A DNA stretch of 64,000 nucleotides from Nitrospirota bacterium (GCA_963737155.1 CAVTRN010000001.1:64001-128000); one strand, 5' to 3'; shown: positions 47,520 to 60,490, numbered from the stretch's first letter. Program-made: numbers and translations. Notes: generated from the sequence alone by a model not told the origin.

Positions 47520-50500
47520 ATGACAATTAAATTATATGCCCCCGTTCTGATTTTCCTATCAGGCATGATTGCTTATTCTTCGATCTACCCTTTCACCATT
47601 GGGCAACACCGGCTACAACGCCACGTCCATCTATTATTTGCTGGTATGTCTCTTGTAATGGCGCTGATTATCCTGTCTACTGTACAGACTTTCCTGGCAC
47701 CGACCATAAACGATTTCATCCAGGCGAACCGCTTAAATCTCGCCCTCTACTTCTTGTTTATGGCCGTACTTCCCTGGTTCTTCGCTGGGTATACCGGCGT
47801 GAGACCAAGGGCAGTGCTGGTCGGACTCACTGGACTGACTGCCGTTTTGTTCCTCGTCAATCTGTTGCAGCCATACACTATCTTGTATAAGGAAATCCAT
47901 GGGCTTGCACACATGACTCTACCCTGGGGAGAGGAACTTATATTTCCGCTGGCTATCGCCAGCATTTGGGCTTACATCGCGGTAACAGCTCACTTCCTTA
48001 ATATCGCCTTTGGGTTTTATACCCTGGTTGTTCGCTTCTACCGTGACCGCAGGCGCACGGCCTTGTTCATGATGCTTGCATTGGGGTTGTTCATGGCTGG
48101 CACCGTAACGGGTATTTTATTCAGACTGGGAATTCCTTACGCCCCCCCCTTGGGGCCGTTCGGATTTCTGAGCATGATTATTGTGATGGGGTTGACGCTG
48201 AATTACGAAATCCAGGAAAATCGCTTGCACATGCAGGCAATACTGGATCATGTTCCCGCACATATCTCTATGAAAGATCCCAAAGGGCAATACATAATGG
48301 TCAACCGCCATTTCGAAGACTTATTCCGTGTCTCCAACGCGAAGATATACGGCAGGACGGATCACGTTTTATACTCTAGTGAGCAGGCCGATGCAATGTA
48401 TGCCGACGAACAGCAGGTGCTCGCCACGCGTCACCCCCTGAAACGTGAGGAAACTGTTACTTTGAAAGGAGAACCTCGCACCTATTTTTCCGTTAAATTC
48501 CCGCTCTTTCATGCCGATGGCACACCTTTTGCCGTATGTGGCATTTCCACAGATATTACCGAACGCAAGATGTCTGAACTGGCCTTAAAACAGAGCGAAG
48601 AAAAATATCGGCGTCTTTACAATGAAACACCCATACTACTCCATTCCATAGACCGGGAAGAACGATTGGTCGATGTAAATGACTACTGGCTGAAAATAAT
48701 GGGCTATGATCGAAATGAAGTTATTGGCAGAAAAATAACAGATTTCTATACGGAGGCATCACGAAAGTACGCCAAAGAGGTCACTATCCCGACATTTTTC
48801 CGGGACGGCTTCGTTCATAATATATTCTATCAGTTTGTAAAAAAAAACGGTGATTTGGTGGATGTGCTTCTTTCGGCGACTGCTGAACGAGATGCCGCGG
48901 GCAACGTTGTCCGTTCCCAGTCTGTGATCGAGGACATCACCGAGCGCAAGCGGGCGGAGGAGTTACTCAAAAAATCAGAAGAGAAGTTTTCTAAGTTCTT
49001 TATGGCAGCACCTGCCGGGATATCTGTCAGTAGCGTCAACGAAGGACGTATTATTGACGTCAATAAGGAATTTGAGCGGTCGTTGGGATATAGCCGAGAT
49101 GAGATAATTGGTCGTACGTCATTCGAACTCGGGCTCTGGGTTGATAGCAAAGATCGGGATCAAATCGTGCGGCTTTTACGTACCGAAGGGAAGGTGAAAG
49201 ACCTAGAGCTGCGGCTTCGTACAAAAAACGGCAATGTATTAACGCATCGATATTTTGCAGATCTAATAGAAATAGATAATGTAACCTACCTCCTGTCCGC
49301 ATTTATTGATATAACCGAACAAAAGAAAGCAGAAGAGGCGCTGCGAGAAAGTGAACGGAAGTATCGTGAACTCGTTGAGAATGCAAACAGTATAATCCTT
49401 CGTTGGGGAAGGGACGGGAAAATCACATTCATGAATGAGTTTGGCCTGAATTATTTCGGCTTTTCCGAAAAAGAAATTATTGGGCATCATTGGCTTGACA
49501 CTATTGTCCCGGCAACAGAAAGCACAGGAAGGGACTTGAATACATTGATAGAGCAAATTCGCGTCAACCCAAAGGCCTTTGAGCAAAATATTAATGAGAA
49601 CATACGGCGAAACGGTGAGCGGGTATGGATTTCCTGGACAAACAAGCCAGTGCTTGATCAGCAGGGGCGTTTAGTGGAAGTTTTCAGCATTGGATCAGAT
49701 ATCACCAAGCGCAAACTGGCTGAAGAGGCACTACGAGAAAGCGATATGAAGTTTCGCGCAGTATTCGAAAACTCCAGAGACGCCATCGGTATTGCAAAAA
49801 AGGGAATGCATTTTTTTGCTAATCCTGCATATTTGAGATTATTTGGGTACGAGAGCAATGAAGAAATCGTTGGCACTTCGATACTTGAGAACATTGCAAC
49901 GAGCCATCGTCAACAGGTAATAGAGAACATACAAAGAAGAACTGCTGGAGAACCGATCCCACCACTCTACGTAGCACGCGGCAGGAAGACAGATGGTACT
50001 GAATTTTTCATGGAGATCAGCGCTTCAACCTTTGAGTTGCAAGGCGAGATCTATACAGTAGCGAACATCCGAGACATCACCGAACAACTTCGTGCGGTGG
50101 AAGAGAAGGCTATGCTGGAGAACCAACTCCGCCAAGCCCAGAAAATGGAAGCGATTGGCCAGGTGGCTGGCGGCATTGCTCATGATTTCAATAACTTACT
50201 CACCATTTTTGGTACCTATGGGAGCATTCTGAGTAGAAAATTAAAGAACGATGATGTGCTCCGAACCTATGCCGAGCGTATAATGGAAGCAACGGAAAAA
50301 GCCGCCGGCCTGACCCAAAGTCTTCTCGCCTTCAGCAGGAAACAGACTATAACCCTCAAACCAGTCGATCTGAATAAGATTATTAGAAAAGTAGAGCACT
50401 TTCTGTACAGAATAATCGGTGAAGACATCGAGTTGAGAACATCTCTCGCCGGTACGGAATTAGCAGTCATGGCGGACCCCGGCCAGATAGAACAAGTCTT

Positions 50501-51269
50501 GATGAACCTTGCCACGAACGCGCGCGATGCAATGCCTCAGGGAGGACTGCTAACCATCCATTCAGAAACTATGCAACTCGCCGATGCTGACGTAAAGGCC
50601 GGCGACGTTGAGAAAGCCGGCATATATGCCCGTATCAGTGTTGCGGATACCGGACAGGGCATGGACAAAGCAACTGTAGAGAAAATATTCGAACCTTTTT
50701 TCACAACGAAGGAAGTGGGCAAAGGGACTGGCCTCGGTCTCGCGATAGTTTATGGTATTATCAAGCAGCACAGCGGAACCATCAGAGTTTACAGCGAGCC
50801 AGGCAAAGGAACGATTTTTAAGATTTACCTGCCCCTAACGCAATCAGCAATCGCCAAGTCTGGGAGGGATGCTCTCCCGGGCCCCCGGGGCGGGCATGAA
50901 ACGATACTTTTAGTTGAAGACAATACGGCAGTGAGAGCATCAATTAAAGTCATCCTTGAAGACGGCGGTTATAAAGTTATCGAGGCAGTCGATGGAGACG
51001 ATGCCATTGCTGAATTTTATCGACATCGAGACGAAATTATGCTTTTACTGACCGATGTGATAATGCCGAAAAAGAACGGCAAGGAAGTGTACGAAGCGAT
51101 CAAAAGTATAAGGCCGGACATTAAGGCGCTTTTCATAAGCGGTTATACGGCTGATATAATTAACTCAAAGGGACTGTTGGATGAAGGATTGCAGCTTATG
51201 CACAAGCCGCCCGCACCCGATGCCCTTCAACGTAAGATACGGGAAATATTGGATAACAGAGAGGAATAA
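47520..51269 (+). CDS. Hybrid sensor kinase: multi-TM N-terminus, five PAS, HisKA/HATPase, REC
   Basis: Five PAS/PAC units ending [41 protein letters not shown]. Confidence 0.95.
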   Translation: MTIKLYAPVLIFLSGMIAYSSIYPFTIGQHRLQRHVHLLFAGMSLVMALIILSTVQTFLAPTINDFIQANRLNLALYFLFMAVLPWFFAGYTGVRPRAVLVGLTGLTAVLFLVNLLQPYTILYKEIHGLAHMTLPWGEELIFPLAIASIWAYIAVTAHFLNIAFGFYTLVVRFYRDRRRTALFMMLALGLFMAGTVTGILFRLGIPYAPPLGPFGFLSMIIVMGLTLNYEIQENRLHMQAILDHVPAHISMKDPKGQYIMVNRHFEDLFRVSNAKIYGRTDHVLYSSEQADAMYADEQQVLATRHPLKREETVTLKGEPRTYFSVKFPLFHADGTPFAVCGISTDITERKMSELALKQSEEKYRRLYNETPILLHSIDREERLVDVNDYWLKIMGYDRNEVIGRKITDFYTEASRKYAKEVTIPTFFRDGFVHNIFYQFVKKNGDLVDVLLSATAERDAAGNVVRSQSVIEDITERKRAEELLKKSEEKFSKFFMAAPAGISVSSVNEGRIIDVNKEFERSLGYSRDEIIGRTSFELGLWVDSKDRDQIVRLLRTEGKVKDLELRLRTKNGNVLTHRYFADLIEIDNVTYLLSAFIDITEQKKAEEALRESERKYRELVENANSIILRWGRDGKITFMNEFGLNYFGFSEKEIIGHHWLDTIVPATESTGRDLNTLIEQIRVNPKAFEQNINENIRRNGERVWISWTNKPVLDQQGRLVEVFSIGSDITKRKLAEEALRESDMKFRAVFENSRDAIGIAKKGMHFFANPAYLRLFGYESNEEIVGTSILENIATSHRQQVIENIQRRTAGEPIPPLYVARGRKTDGTEFFMEISASTFELQGEIYTVANIRDITEQLRAVEEKAMLENQLRQAQKMEAIGQVAGGIAHDFNNLLTIFGTYGSILSRKLKNDDVLRTYAERIMEATEKAAGLTQSLLAFSRKQTITLKPVDLNKIIRKVEHFLYRIIGEDIELRTSLAGTELAVMADPGQIEQVLMNLATNARDAMPQGGLLTIHSETMQLADADVKAGDVEKAGIYARISVADTGQGMDKATVEKIFEPFFTTKEVGKGTGLGLAIVYGIIKQHSGTIRVYSEPGKGTIFKIYLPLTQSAIAKSGRDALPGPRGGHETILLVEDNTAVRASIKVILEDGGYKVIEAVDGDDAIAEFYRHRDEIMLLLTDVIMPKKNGKEVYEAIKSIRPDIKALFISGYTADIINSKGLLDEGLQLMHKPPAPDALQRKIREILDNREE

Positions 51270-51270
51270 T

Positions 51271-52641
51271 ATGGTAAAAATACTTGTAATCGACGACGAT
51301 AAAATGGAAAGAATTGCATTCAGCGATGCTCTTGCCGACGGGGGCTTTTCACCTGCAACGGCATTCAACTGGAGAGAGGCGCTCGAACTTATCAGGCGGG
51401 AAGACTACGATGCCGTATTAATAGACCTCGTGATGCCTGAGAAAAACGGCATAAATACGATGCTGGAACTGAAAAAGATAAAACCGGCCCTTCCTATGAT
51501 CATTGTAACCGGGCACGGCGATATCGCGACAGCGGTAGAGGCCATCAAGCTTGGAGCTTATGATTACGTAACGAAGCCTCCTGATTATCAGCGATTGTTC
51601 CTGACAATTCAGAAGGCTATTGAGCATTGTGACGCCCTTCAGAAAATCAACGCCCTGAACACAGCTGTTGAGGTATCCTTTGAAGGATTCCATGGCACTG
51701 AAAAAGTCATGAAGGACATTATCAACAAAATTTCGAAAGTCGCACAAAGTGATTTTTCCGTGATTATCGAAGGCGAGACAGGAACAGGCAAGACTACGAT
51801 CGCCCGTGCTATTCACCGCCTGAGTAAAAGGGCGGGCGGACCCTTTCTCGTCGTTGACATGGGAACGCTTCCCGAGACCCTTGTCGAGCGTGAACTTTTT
51901 GGCCATGAGAAAGGCGCATTCACCGGCGCGGATAAGCGAAAACGGGGCTATTTCGAGGCGGCACAGGGGGGAACGATCCTTATCGATGAGCTGCAGAATA
52001 TGAGTACCTATACACAGGCTAAATTGCTGAGGGTCGTTGAAGAGAAAAAAATATATGCTCTTGGCAGCACAGTGCCTCTGGATGTCGATGTGCGAATCAT
52101 ATGCGCTTCCAATGCTGACTTGAAAAAAGAAATTTTGGAAAAGCGTTTTCGGGAGGACCTGTATTACCGGCTGAACGAATTCACCATCACGCTACCGCCC
52201 CTGAGGGAAAGACCGGATGATATTCTGTTTCTCACGAGAAAATTTATGGAGGAAGCCTGCGCCGAACTCAACAAGACAGGTTGCGAGCTTTCAATAGACG
52301 CTGCCGCTGTCCTGAAGAATTACCGCTGGCCCGGCAATGTGCGTGAGCTGAAAAATGTTATACGCCGAACAGTCCTATTGGCCTGCGAAGATGTCATACA
52401 GCCCGAGGAGATTCAGTTCATGTTCACCGACAAGGAGGAGGACAGAAAACTGATGTCCGCGCAAATGCCGCTCAGGGAACTTACGACCATTGCCGTTCGG
52501 GAAGTTGAACGAAAAGTGATTAAAAAAGCTCTTGACGCCACAGGAGGAAATAAGAGCAAGGCCGCAGCAATGCTGCAGATCGATTATAAGACTCTTCTAA
52601 CCAAAATTAAGGAGTACGGTATACAATACTCCAGTGATTGA
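51271..52641 (+). CDS. Sigma54-dependent NtrC-family response regulator
   Basis: [42 protein letters not shown], Fis HTH. Confidence 0.95.
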   Translation: MVKILVIDDDKMERIAFSDALADGGFSPATAFNWREALELIRREDYDAVLIDLVMPEKNGINTMLELKKIKPALPMIIVTGHGDIATAVEAIKLGAYDYVTKPPDYQRLFLTIQKAIEHCDALQKINALNTAVEVSFEGFHGTEKVMKDIINKISKVAQSDFSVIIEGETGTGKTTIARAIHRLSKRAGGPFLVVDMGTLPETLVERELFGHEKGAFTGADKRKRGYFEAAQGGTILIDELQNMSTYTQAKLLRVVEEKKIYALGSTVPLDVDVRIICASNADLKKEILEKRFREDLYYRLNEFTITLPPLRERPDDILFLTRKFMEEACAELNKTGCELSIDAAAVLKNYRWPGNVRELKNVIRRTVLLACEDVIQPEEIQFMFTDKEEDRKLMSAQMPLRELTTIAVREVERKVIKKALDATGGNKSKAAAMLQIDYKTLLTKIKEYGIQYSSD

Positions 52642-52720
52642 TATTCTTGATATTTTCTGACGTTGGCTGTTTACCTTCCCTGTAAATAAATCATATTCTC
52701 CCTTGTCTCACTCCCTCTTG

Positions 52721-52900
52721 GTATGGTACAGATTCCATACACTTGATTAGTCGCGGAAAATCAATGCATTACCTCGTTTATCCCACGCACAAAGGCTTTT
52801 TCCCTCAGCGAATGATATGGTCTGCATTCCCTATCCAAAATTTCTACTAATTAAAATTCCTTTGTATTTCGGCTAGTTTGGGATTGGCATGGTTGTTGAA
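52721..52900 (+). promoter_or_regulatory. Candidate enhancer palindromes plus sigma54-like promoter for the cheY-MCP-cheW genes
   Basis: GTATGG-N8-CCATAC (52721-52740), GATATGG-N8-CCCTATC (52814-52835), TGGCATGGTTGTTGAA (52885-52900; -12 reads GA rather than GC). Confidence 0.5.
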
Positions 52901-52951
52901 ATGTATTGTACTGACATCAGGCAATTGTGCTGATCAAAGAAGGCGTGAGTC

Positions 52952-53317
52952 GTGAAAAAAACAATATTATGCATTTGTGATTCAGCATCCATGAGACTGT
53001 TGCTTGCACATGCCCTGCGGGATGAAAGATATAACATTATAACTGCCCCTGATGGCAATAAAGCACTAGCTCGGGTCGAAACTACGCAGGTTGACCTGGT
53101 TCTAACAGACTTCATCCAGCCGGGGACAGATGGAGTAGAGTTTACGAGAAAATTTCGTGCGAAGCAAAGATATAAGTTCACGCCCGTCCTGATCATGACC
53201 ACGGAATCACAGGACAGCAGCAAGGATGAGGGGGAAAAGGCTGGCGTGTCAGGTTGGATCGCAAAGCCTTTTACGGCAGAAAAACTGAAAACAATCGTAA
53301 AACAGTTTGTATGTTAA
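52952..53317 (+). CDS. cheY: CheY-like single-domain response regulator
   Basis: DSASMR..LTDFIQPGTDG..YKFTPVLIMTTES..GVSGWIAKPF. Confidence 0.8.
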   Translation: MKKTILCICDSASMRLLLAHALRDERYNIITAPDGNKALARVETTQVDLVLTDFIQPGTDGVEFTRKFRAKQRYKFTPVLIMTTESQDSSKDEGEKAGVSGWIAKPFTAEKLKTIVKQFVC

Positions 53318-53415
53318 CTCGGACATGTGCACGGGAAATATCTTTTCAGGCTCATAGTTGTCAGCAAGGCGGCAGAAGCGTATCGGGGCCTTTCGATGAT
53401 GTCAGAGCATAACCC

Positions 53416-53829
53416 ATGCGGAGGACGTTGACTATGACAAATTCAGAAACAGGAGTCAAGACAAAACGCATGCTTGTTGTTGATTCTGCTGCCGCCATAT
53501 TATTTGCCTATAGGATACAGCTCGAAAGGCAGGGAGTAATGATTGATGCATGTGAAACCTATGAAGAAGCAGTAGAGCTGCTGAAAATGCACCGCTACGA
53601 TGTCGCGCTTCTAGATGTCAGTCAGACAGGAGTTCGGCAAAAAAATGGTCTCAATCTGACATCTATTCTCCGAGAACGGCAACCAGATGTGAAAATTATT
53701 CTTATGACTGGTGTCAATGATGATGCCAAGAAAAAAGCAGAGGAACTGGGGTTCTCATACTGTTTTGAGAAGCCCGTATTGAGTTCGACGATATTCTGGG
53801 CACTGAGAAAGTTGGAAATAACTAAATAA
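53416..53829 (+). CDS. Single-domain response regulator (degenerate acidic pocket)
   Basis: MLVVDSA..ALLDV..IILMTG..FEKP; start may be 53434. Confidence 0.8.
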   Translation: MRRTLTMTNSETGVKTKRMLVVDSAAAILFAYRIQLERQGVMIDACETYEEAVELLKMHRYDVALLDVSQTGVRQKNGLNLTSILRERQPDVKIILMTGVNDDAKKKAEELGFSYCFEKPVLSSTIFWALRKLEITK

Positions 53830-53848
53830 AGGATAAGGAAAAACTATT

Positions 53849-55552
53849 ATGAAAGAGTTATTCAAGAACATGAAGATCGGAAGAAAACTGGCCGTATTGG
53901 TGGGACTCATGTCACTACTGCTCGTGGCTACGGGAATCTATTTGCTCCATGGGATTTCCGAGACCAACAAGCGGTTGAATACAAACATGGCCATGGCCGA
54001 GGCATACACAAAGGCGGCGGGAGACGCCGACGACGCCGAAATAGCGTTCAAGAAGCAAGTGCAGGAGTGGAAAGACATGCTCCTGAGGGGCAACGATCCT
54101 AAACTGTTCTCCAAATACCATGATAATTTCCTGAAAACGGAAGCCGAGGTGCAGTCTCGGGGGAAGGATCTGAAGGTTTCTCTTGCAAAGCTCAACGTCG
54201 ACACGGCAAGGCTGGACGATTTTTTAAAAGCCCATACTCTCCTGGGAGAGAAATACCACGAGGCCCTGAAGAACTATCGGTCAGACAATATAAGGAGCTT
54301 CAGTATCGTGGACGTTATGGTAAGGGGAATCGACCGGGAGCCGACGGAAATCATCGATTCTGTCGCCGAAAAAACGCGGAAGCAGGAATCAGAGATGTTC
54401 GCAGAAGTGGCGAGAAAATCCGCTGAGTCTTATAACTCCGTTTTCAGAAACTCCCTCATTTTCATGGTGTTCGGGATCGGGCTGGGTATTTTCCTCTCCC
54501 TGGTGATCATTCAAGCCATCACGAGACCGCTTAACGATATCGTTATTGTGGCAAACAAGACGAGTCAGGGGGACCTGTCTCATGACGATACGGCCCACGC
54601 GATCCCTACTAATGACGAAATCGGTGAGATGACAGTAAGCTTCAATCGGATGATTGAAAAACTACGCCATATTGTGGGCGAGATCAACTCGGGCACGAAT
54701 ACCTTGGCTTCTAGCTCCGAGGAACTTTCGGCCACATCAGAAGATCTAAACAAAGGGACGCAGGAACTTTCCACCCAGACATCTCAAGTTGTTACAGCTA
54801 TGACCGAGGTTTCCCAGACCATCATGGACATGGCCAAAAACGCATCGAATGCAGCAGATGCAAGCAGAAACGCCTCGGAAACAGCATCCAAAGGGAAGCA
54901 GATTGTTGATACCACGGCAGATGACATGATAAGGATTGCGCAGACCGTACAAAGCGCAGCAGGTACCATAGAAGAACTGGGGAGAAGTTCCGCTCAGATC
55001 GGGGAAATAGTGACCGTTATTAACGGCATCGCCGAACAAACAAACCTTCTCGCCTTGAATGCTGCCATCGAGGCCGCCCGAGCAGGTGAGCAGGGCCGCG
55101 GTTTCGCCGTAGTGGCCGACGAAGTGAGAAAACTTGCGGAGCGGACTGGCCAGGCTACCAAAGACATTACCCACAGGATTACAACGATTCAGCAGTCCGC
55201 AGCAGATTCCGTGAAGGCGATGAAGAAGGGGAGTGATGAGGTGGATAAGGGAGTTGCTCTGGCGAAGGAAGCGAGCGCGTCGCTTGAGGTAATCGTACAG
55301 GCATCGAATAATGCCATGGACATGGTTCAGCGGATTGCTGCCGCCACCGAGCAGCAATCATCTGCATCGGAAGAAGTTACACAAAGCATGGAGGGCATCG
55401 CAGGCATTGCGAACAGTACGTCAACATCCACAGAACAGATTAAGGGTGCAGCTGCGGACCTCGCACGCCTGGCAACCGAATTAAAGGAAACCGCTGCCTG
55501 GTTTCGTTTAAATGGCAATCAGCCTCCGTACATGAACCGGCGAAGCCAGTAG
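53849..55552 (+). CDS. Methyl-accepting chemotaxis protein (2 TM, HAMP)
   Basis: [38 protein letters not shown]. Confidence 0.96.
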   Translation: MKELFKNMKIGRKLAVLVGLMSLLLVATGIYLLHGISETNKRLNTNMAMAEAYTKAAGDADDAEIAFKKQVQEWKDMLLRGNDPKLFSKYHDNFLKTEAEVQSRGKDLKVSLAKLNVDTARLDDFLKAHTLLGEKYHEALKNYRSDNIRSFSIVDVMVRGIDREPTEIIDSVAEKTRKQESEMFAEVARKSAESYNSVFRNSLIFMVFGIGLGIFLSLVIIQAITRPLNDIVIVANKTSQGDLSHDDTAHAIPTNDEIGEMTVSFNRMIEKLRHIVGEINSGTNTLASSSEELSATSEDLNKGTQELSTQTSQVVTAMTEVSQTIMDMAKNASNAADASRNASETASKGKQIVDTTADDMIRIAQTVQSAAGTIEELGRSSAQIGEIVTVINGIAEQTNLLALNAAIEAARAGEQGRGFAVVADEVRKLAERTGQATKDITHRITTIQQSAADSVKAMKKGSDEVDKGVALAKEASASLEVIVQASNNAMDMVQRIAAATEQQSSASEEVTQSMEGIAGIANSTSTSTEQIKGAAADLARLATELKETAAWFRLNGNQPPYMNRRSQ

Positions 55553-55669
55553 AGAAACGACGACTTGAGCTGAAAAAACTTCCTGGATGATGCCAACGCG
55601 ATGATAGCGGCTTCAGATACATGAAATAATCTGTGGAAACTGATGAACAGGGATAGAGAAGGAGATCAT

Positions 55670-56152
55670 ATGCAGACAGCCGCATTACACGCAGATACAC
55701 TCCAGCTTGTCAGTTTCAGGCTCGGAACGCAGAGATACGCAGTAGATATCCTAAGGGTTCAGGAAATCGATAATATGAAAGAGATCACCTGTATCCCGAA
55801 TGCGCTGCCTTATCTCGCCGGAGCGATCAATCTCCGGGGCAAAGTGATTCCCGTGCTTAGTTTGAGAACAAAGTTCGCCATGGAAAAAAACGGCGACAAC
55901 GAAAAGGAAAAAATCGTCATTATCGATATTAAGGGCACGGTAATGGGGATCATAGTGGACTCAGTTTCGGATGTATTACGAATCCCCTCGGATGTGATAG
56001 AGCCGCCGCCGCAGGTATCATCACGTTTGAACTCGGGATTAATCCGTGGGATCGCGAAGCTGCAGGAGGGGTTGGTCCTCATACTGGATATGGACAAGCT
56101 GCTGGACTCTGATGAACACGATGCCATTATTAATGTGGAACAGCTTGCATAG
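55670..56152 (+). CDS. cheW: Chemotaxis coupling protein CheW
   Basis: LVSFRLG..VQEI..GAINLRGKVIPV..GIIVDSVSDV. Confidence 0.95.
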   Translation: MQTAALHADTLQLVSFRLGTQRYAVDILRVQEIDNMKEITCIPNALPYLAGAINLRGKVIPVLSLRTKFAMEKNGDNEKEKIVIIDIKGTVMGIIVDSVSDVLRIPSDVIEPPPQVSSRLNSGLIRGIAKLQEGLVLILDMDKLLDSDEHDAIINVEQLA

Positions 56153-56429
56153 GAAAGGAGCATTCAGTGTTCTAACGGTTGCTGAACATCCGCTGAATGA
56201 TTCAGGGTTGGAAGGCCCCCTGGCGTATAACTTTTGTTGGAAAGAAAGGGTGTATCGCAGCTGATGTTATTTAATACAAACGTAAAATATTTTGTATCAG
56301 TCAAAACAGTGAAGTTATTGATTTTATAGTGTTACTTTTGCAACATTGTCACAATATTCTGTGCGTTTATATTAGTAGCAATACTACCATTTATTCTATC
56401 AATTTTACATGTTTGCATTGGGGACGGAT

Positions 56430-56786
56430 ATGAACAAGCAAACAGTACTCGTTATTGATGATGATGTAAATACCAGAGAATGCCTAAGCATACTACTGGA
56501 AGGTGACGGTTTTGAGGTTACAGGCTGCGAAAACGGCGTTGTCGCCCTTGAGTTGATTAAAGAAAACTGCTTTGAAACGATAATCATTGATTATCATATG
56601 CCCCAAATTAAAGGCGATGAGGTTGTAAAGCGATTACGGGTGCAGTGCTCTCAAGCTTACATAATCGGGATCAGCGTGGAGGACAAGCGCCGGGTTTTTA
56701 TGGATGCTGGCGCAAATACATTTGTAGCCAAAAGCGACATCATTCATGCATTAGCGTCGTTGATAAAAAACAAAAAGGGTTTATAG
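56430..56786 (+). CDS. Single-domain response regulator
   Basis: LVIDDD..IIDYHMPQIKG..FVAK. Confidence 0.85.
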   Translation: MNKQTVLVIDDDVNTRECLSILLEGDGFEVTGCENGVVALELIKENCFETIIIDYHMPQIKGDEVVKRLRVQCSQAYIIGISVEDKRRVFMDAGANTFVAKSDIIHALASLIKNKKGL

Positions 56787-56872
56787 CAATATAATCAAAC
56801 AACACTATTGAACTCAAGATTTTACTGCAAACCCGACAACGACGATGAAAGGTCTGACACTGACTCACAACT

Positions 56873-59800
56873 ATGAAAATCTTCAGGATGACCATAGATT
56901 CCAAAAAGACCATCGTTTCAATTGCGCTGGGGCTAGCAGGCACTGCGGGGAGCCTCCTCTCTTTCAACTTTGCATTCCCACCCCACAGGGTTACGATAGT
57001 CTGGGGTCTTTTTCTGCCGATGCTTGCGGCTCTGGCGTATGGATGGCGCCATGCTCTCATAGCGGTAACATTGGGCGGTGCCGGCTTTATTTCGTTTATT
57101 CTCTGGCCTACGAGCGGGTGGGCAAATGTAGTGACTGTCGTTCTTTATGTGGGGTGGTATCTCTGGCAGGGCTATTGTGCTGACCTAAGGCGCAGAAAAA
57201 CAGCATGGTGGAATAACATTTACGGCGCTCAGGCACTGTACGCAGTTTTTTATAATGTTCTGCTGTTTGGAACTTTTCCTTGGATATTCCGGTTCAATCC
57301 TCCCTTCTGGTATCCGGCTGCAGCAACCTCTATGCCGTACGAGATCATTGCTGGCATTGCAGTAAAAGAAACCTTCATGATGTTTCTCAGCGTTTATGCG
57401 AGCGACCTGCTCCTGCATCTGCCCGCGATCCGCCGGATCGTAGGTCTCCCTGTCTCCTCATCAATGCGTATTTATTCAAAGATCCTCCTCTCGACGGTCC
57501 TGATCAGCTTTACGGTCATGGTATTCTTTTCCGCTCTAGAAGGATTTCTTTTCGAACATGATTTTGCAAAAGCCCTGACGCAACTTGCTGTTGACGATAT
57601 TAAACGACTCGTGATTCTAATCGTTCTTCTCAGTACGGCCGCTGGATTACAGTTGGCAAAGTCTATGGAAAAACGCATTGATGCTGAAGATGCTTTGCGT
57701 GCCAGCGAAGAACGGTTCTTCACAATCTTCAATTCTGTCAATGATGCTATTTTTATCCATGATGCAGACACCGGAGTTATCCTGGATGTGAATAAAAAAA
57801 TGTGCGAAATGTTCGGCTATTCACGCAAGGAAGCATTGATGGCTGATATCGGCAAACTCAGTTCCGGCATTTCACCATATACTCTGGAAGACGCCGTTAC
57901 CAAAGTGAGGAGGGCGGCGTCCGGAGAGCCACAGCTAGTCGAATGGCACTGCAAACATAAGGATGGACGACTCTTCTGGGGAGAGATCAATATGAAGCGC
58001 GCCTCAATCGGAGGAACGGATCGTGTGCTGGTAACGGTGCGTGATGTTACGGAGCGCAAACTGGCCGCAGAGAAACTGCAGGAGAGTGAGCGCCGCTACC
58101 GCACGCTTTTTGAGTCGGCAAATGACGCCATCCTTCTGATGCGATATGACCGCTTTGTCGCTTGCAACACGAAAGCGCTTGATATGTTCGGATGCACCCG
58201 CGGACAGATACTCGGGAAGGCTCCCTATAGCTTCTCTCCTCCCACCCAGCCCGATTTAAAAGGCTCCATGGAGAAGGCCATCGAGAAAATGAACACTGTG
58301 TTGCTGGGACATCCCCAGATTTTTGAATGGGTCTATAACAAAAGAGACGGAACGCCTTTTACCGCCGAAGTTAGCTTGAACAGTGTTGAACTGGGCACGA
58401 GGACATTTATCCAGGCCATTGTGCGCGATATTACCGAACGCAAGCGTGTCGAACAGGCACTAATGCGCGAGAAAGTGTTTTCCAATGTTGTTATCGACAG
58501 CCTGCCCGGAGTGTTTTATATCTGCGATGAGGAAGGGAAACTTCTCCGTTGGAACAATAACGAAAAAGAAACAACCGGATATTCCATCGCGGAACTCTCA
58601 GAAATGAACGTGCTGAAGCTGTTCCACAAAGATCGGCAACTTGTCGCGACCAAAATGCACGAGGTGCTGGATTCCGGACGCTCCTCTTTGGAGGCATCGC
58701 TTATTACAAAAAGCGGGACGCCCATCCCGTTCTACTTGACAGGGTGCCGTATGGTCCTGGATGGGAAACGATATGTAGTCGGAATCGGCATCGATATATC
58801 GGAGCGCAAAAAGCTCGAAGGTCAGCTTCATCAAGCGCAGAAATTGGAGGCTATCGGTGCGTTGGCAGGAGGCATCGCCCATGACTTCAATAATATCCTG
58901 TCGGCTATAATAGGATATGCCTCAATTCTTCAAATGAAAATGAAGCCGCATGACGCTTTACGTCATCATGTCGAGCAATCCTCGCTTCTTCAGAACGGGC
59001 GGCGGGATTAACAAAGAGCTTGCTCGCATTCACCAGAAAGCAGCCGATAGAGTTAAAGCCCGTTAATATCAATGAAATGATATGCGGATTTCAAAAGATC
59101 TTGACTAGGCTAATTGGCGAGGATATTGATTTCAGGGTGAATACCGCTCTTGGCGATCTCGTGGTGGAATCGGACAAAGGCCAACTTGAGCAGGTGCTGA
59201 TGAATCTCGTCATGAACTCTAGAGACGCCATGCCCCTTGGCGGCAAACTGATTGTAACTACGGATAGAGTGGCCATAACCGATAATCATGGCGAAATACC
59301 CCGCGGGTCGTATGCGGTTATAACAGTGACGGATACCGGCTGCGGTATGGATAAGATCATTCAGGAGCATATTTTCGAACCCTTCTTCACGACGAAAGAG
59401 GTAGGAAAAGGAACCGGTCTGGGTTTGGCAATCGTCTATGGTGTTATTAAGAAACATAATGGTTTTATCCACGTTTACAGCGAGCCGGGAATGGGAACGA
59501 CATTCAAAATCTACCTTCCTCGCATATCCCGAATCGAGCAGGCAGAAAGCTCGCAACAGCAGGCTCCTTTACTGCACGGAACGGAAACAATCCTTCTGAT
59601 AGAAGATGATTCAACCGTGAGGAATGTTACGAAGGATATTCTTAAGGAGTTTGGTTATACAGTTTTGGAAGCGGTTAATGGAGAGAATGCGGTAAAGGTT
59701 TTTCGCGAAAATCAAGAACGAGTGCAGATTGTCCTCTGCGACCTAATCATGCCAAAAATGAACGGGCAGAAGACCTATGAGGAATTGTTAAAAATCTGCC

Positions 59801-59946
59801 CCGGCCTCAAGGTAATCTTTATGAGCGGTTATACAGCGGATATCATCAATCAGAAAGGAATCTTGGGTCAAGGGACAAATTTCATTTCAAAACCGATGAG
59901 TTTGACCGACTTATTAAACAAAGTGAGAACAGTTCTGGATTCGTAA
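56873..59946 (+). pseudogene. Hybrid sensor kinase (multi-TM, three PAS, HisKA/HATPase, REC), frameshifted at ~58977 (or sequencing error)
   Basis: ORFs 56873..59011 and 59020..59946 join as ..HVEQ-ILASSERAAGLTKSLLAF if one A is added to GAGCAATC. Confidence 0.85.
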
Positions 59947-60296
59947 ATGAGCTTTATGTCAGAGAAATCATGGATACGCATCGCGCTCCCAATCGACATC
60001 CCCAGTTCTCAGGAAAATATATATACACGCAAGATACACCAAGGATTCTTTGCCCTTGTCACAATATTGACATGACACATTTGTAGATAAAACCTACAAT
60101 TTCAGAAAGAAGTAACTCTCGCGAACTTCAGGATGAAGTTGATGATTGTTTTCACTTTTTGAAATTACGAGATCGTAGGTTGAAGTGTTGGACTCTATCC
60201 GATTATTATATACTCATCTATGGGTTGAAACATGCAACACCACAATATGATTTTCTTGCCTAAATATTATTTGCGCGATAAATTTACCTAATTCAC

Positions 60297-60460
60297 TGGT
60301 AGGAAAGAACCGAAATTGGTGGATGATTTCAATCGGAATCAACATCTGGTAAAAATGAATCGGAATGATTGGAAGGAATCATTTGTAGCGTGTGGTAGAT
60401 TTACTGGATTGACCGGAAGGAATCACCCGGAATAAGTGGAAGGATTCATCGGAATGTGCA
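60297..60460 (-). repeat. Right end: about seven tandem ATTCCG-N-(T/A)CCA motifs, inverted relative to the left end
   Basis: Reverse complement TGCAC ATTCCGATGAATCCTTCCA..ATCCAGTAAATCTACCA (16/17 with 46857-46873)..ATTCCGATTGAAATCATCCA. Confidence 0.82.
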
Positions 60461-60490
60461 AATAAACAGCGATTCAGCACAGATATGGAT

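Larger units (their letters stand above)
46782..60460. mobile_element. 13.7-kb non-autonomous transposon/cassette with IS21-type ends and signalling cargo
   Basis: Ends TGCAGATTCCG / TGCACATTCCG (inverted, 10/11). Exact 5-bp TSD AATAA at 46777-46781 and 60461-60465. Arrays of ATTCCG..CCA motifs at both ends; no transposase ORF seen inside. Confidence 0.85.

Noticed and set aside
46782-60460. Tn7-like/CAST element
   Set aside because: A 5-bp TSD would fit, but the termini are TGC rather than TGT and no tns, tniQ or cas genes are present.
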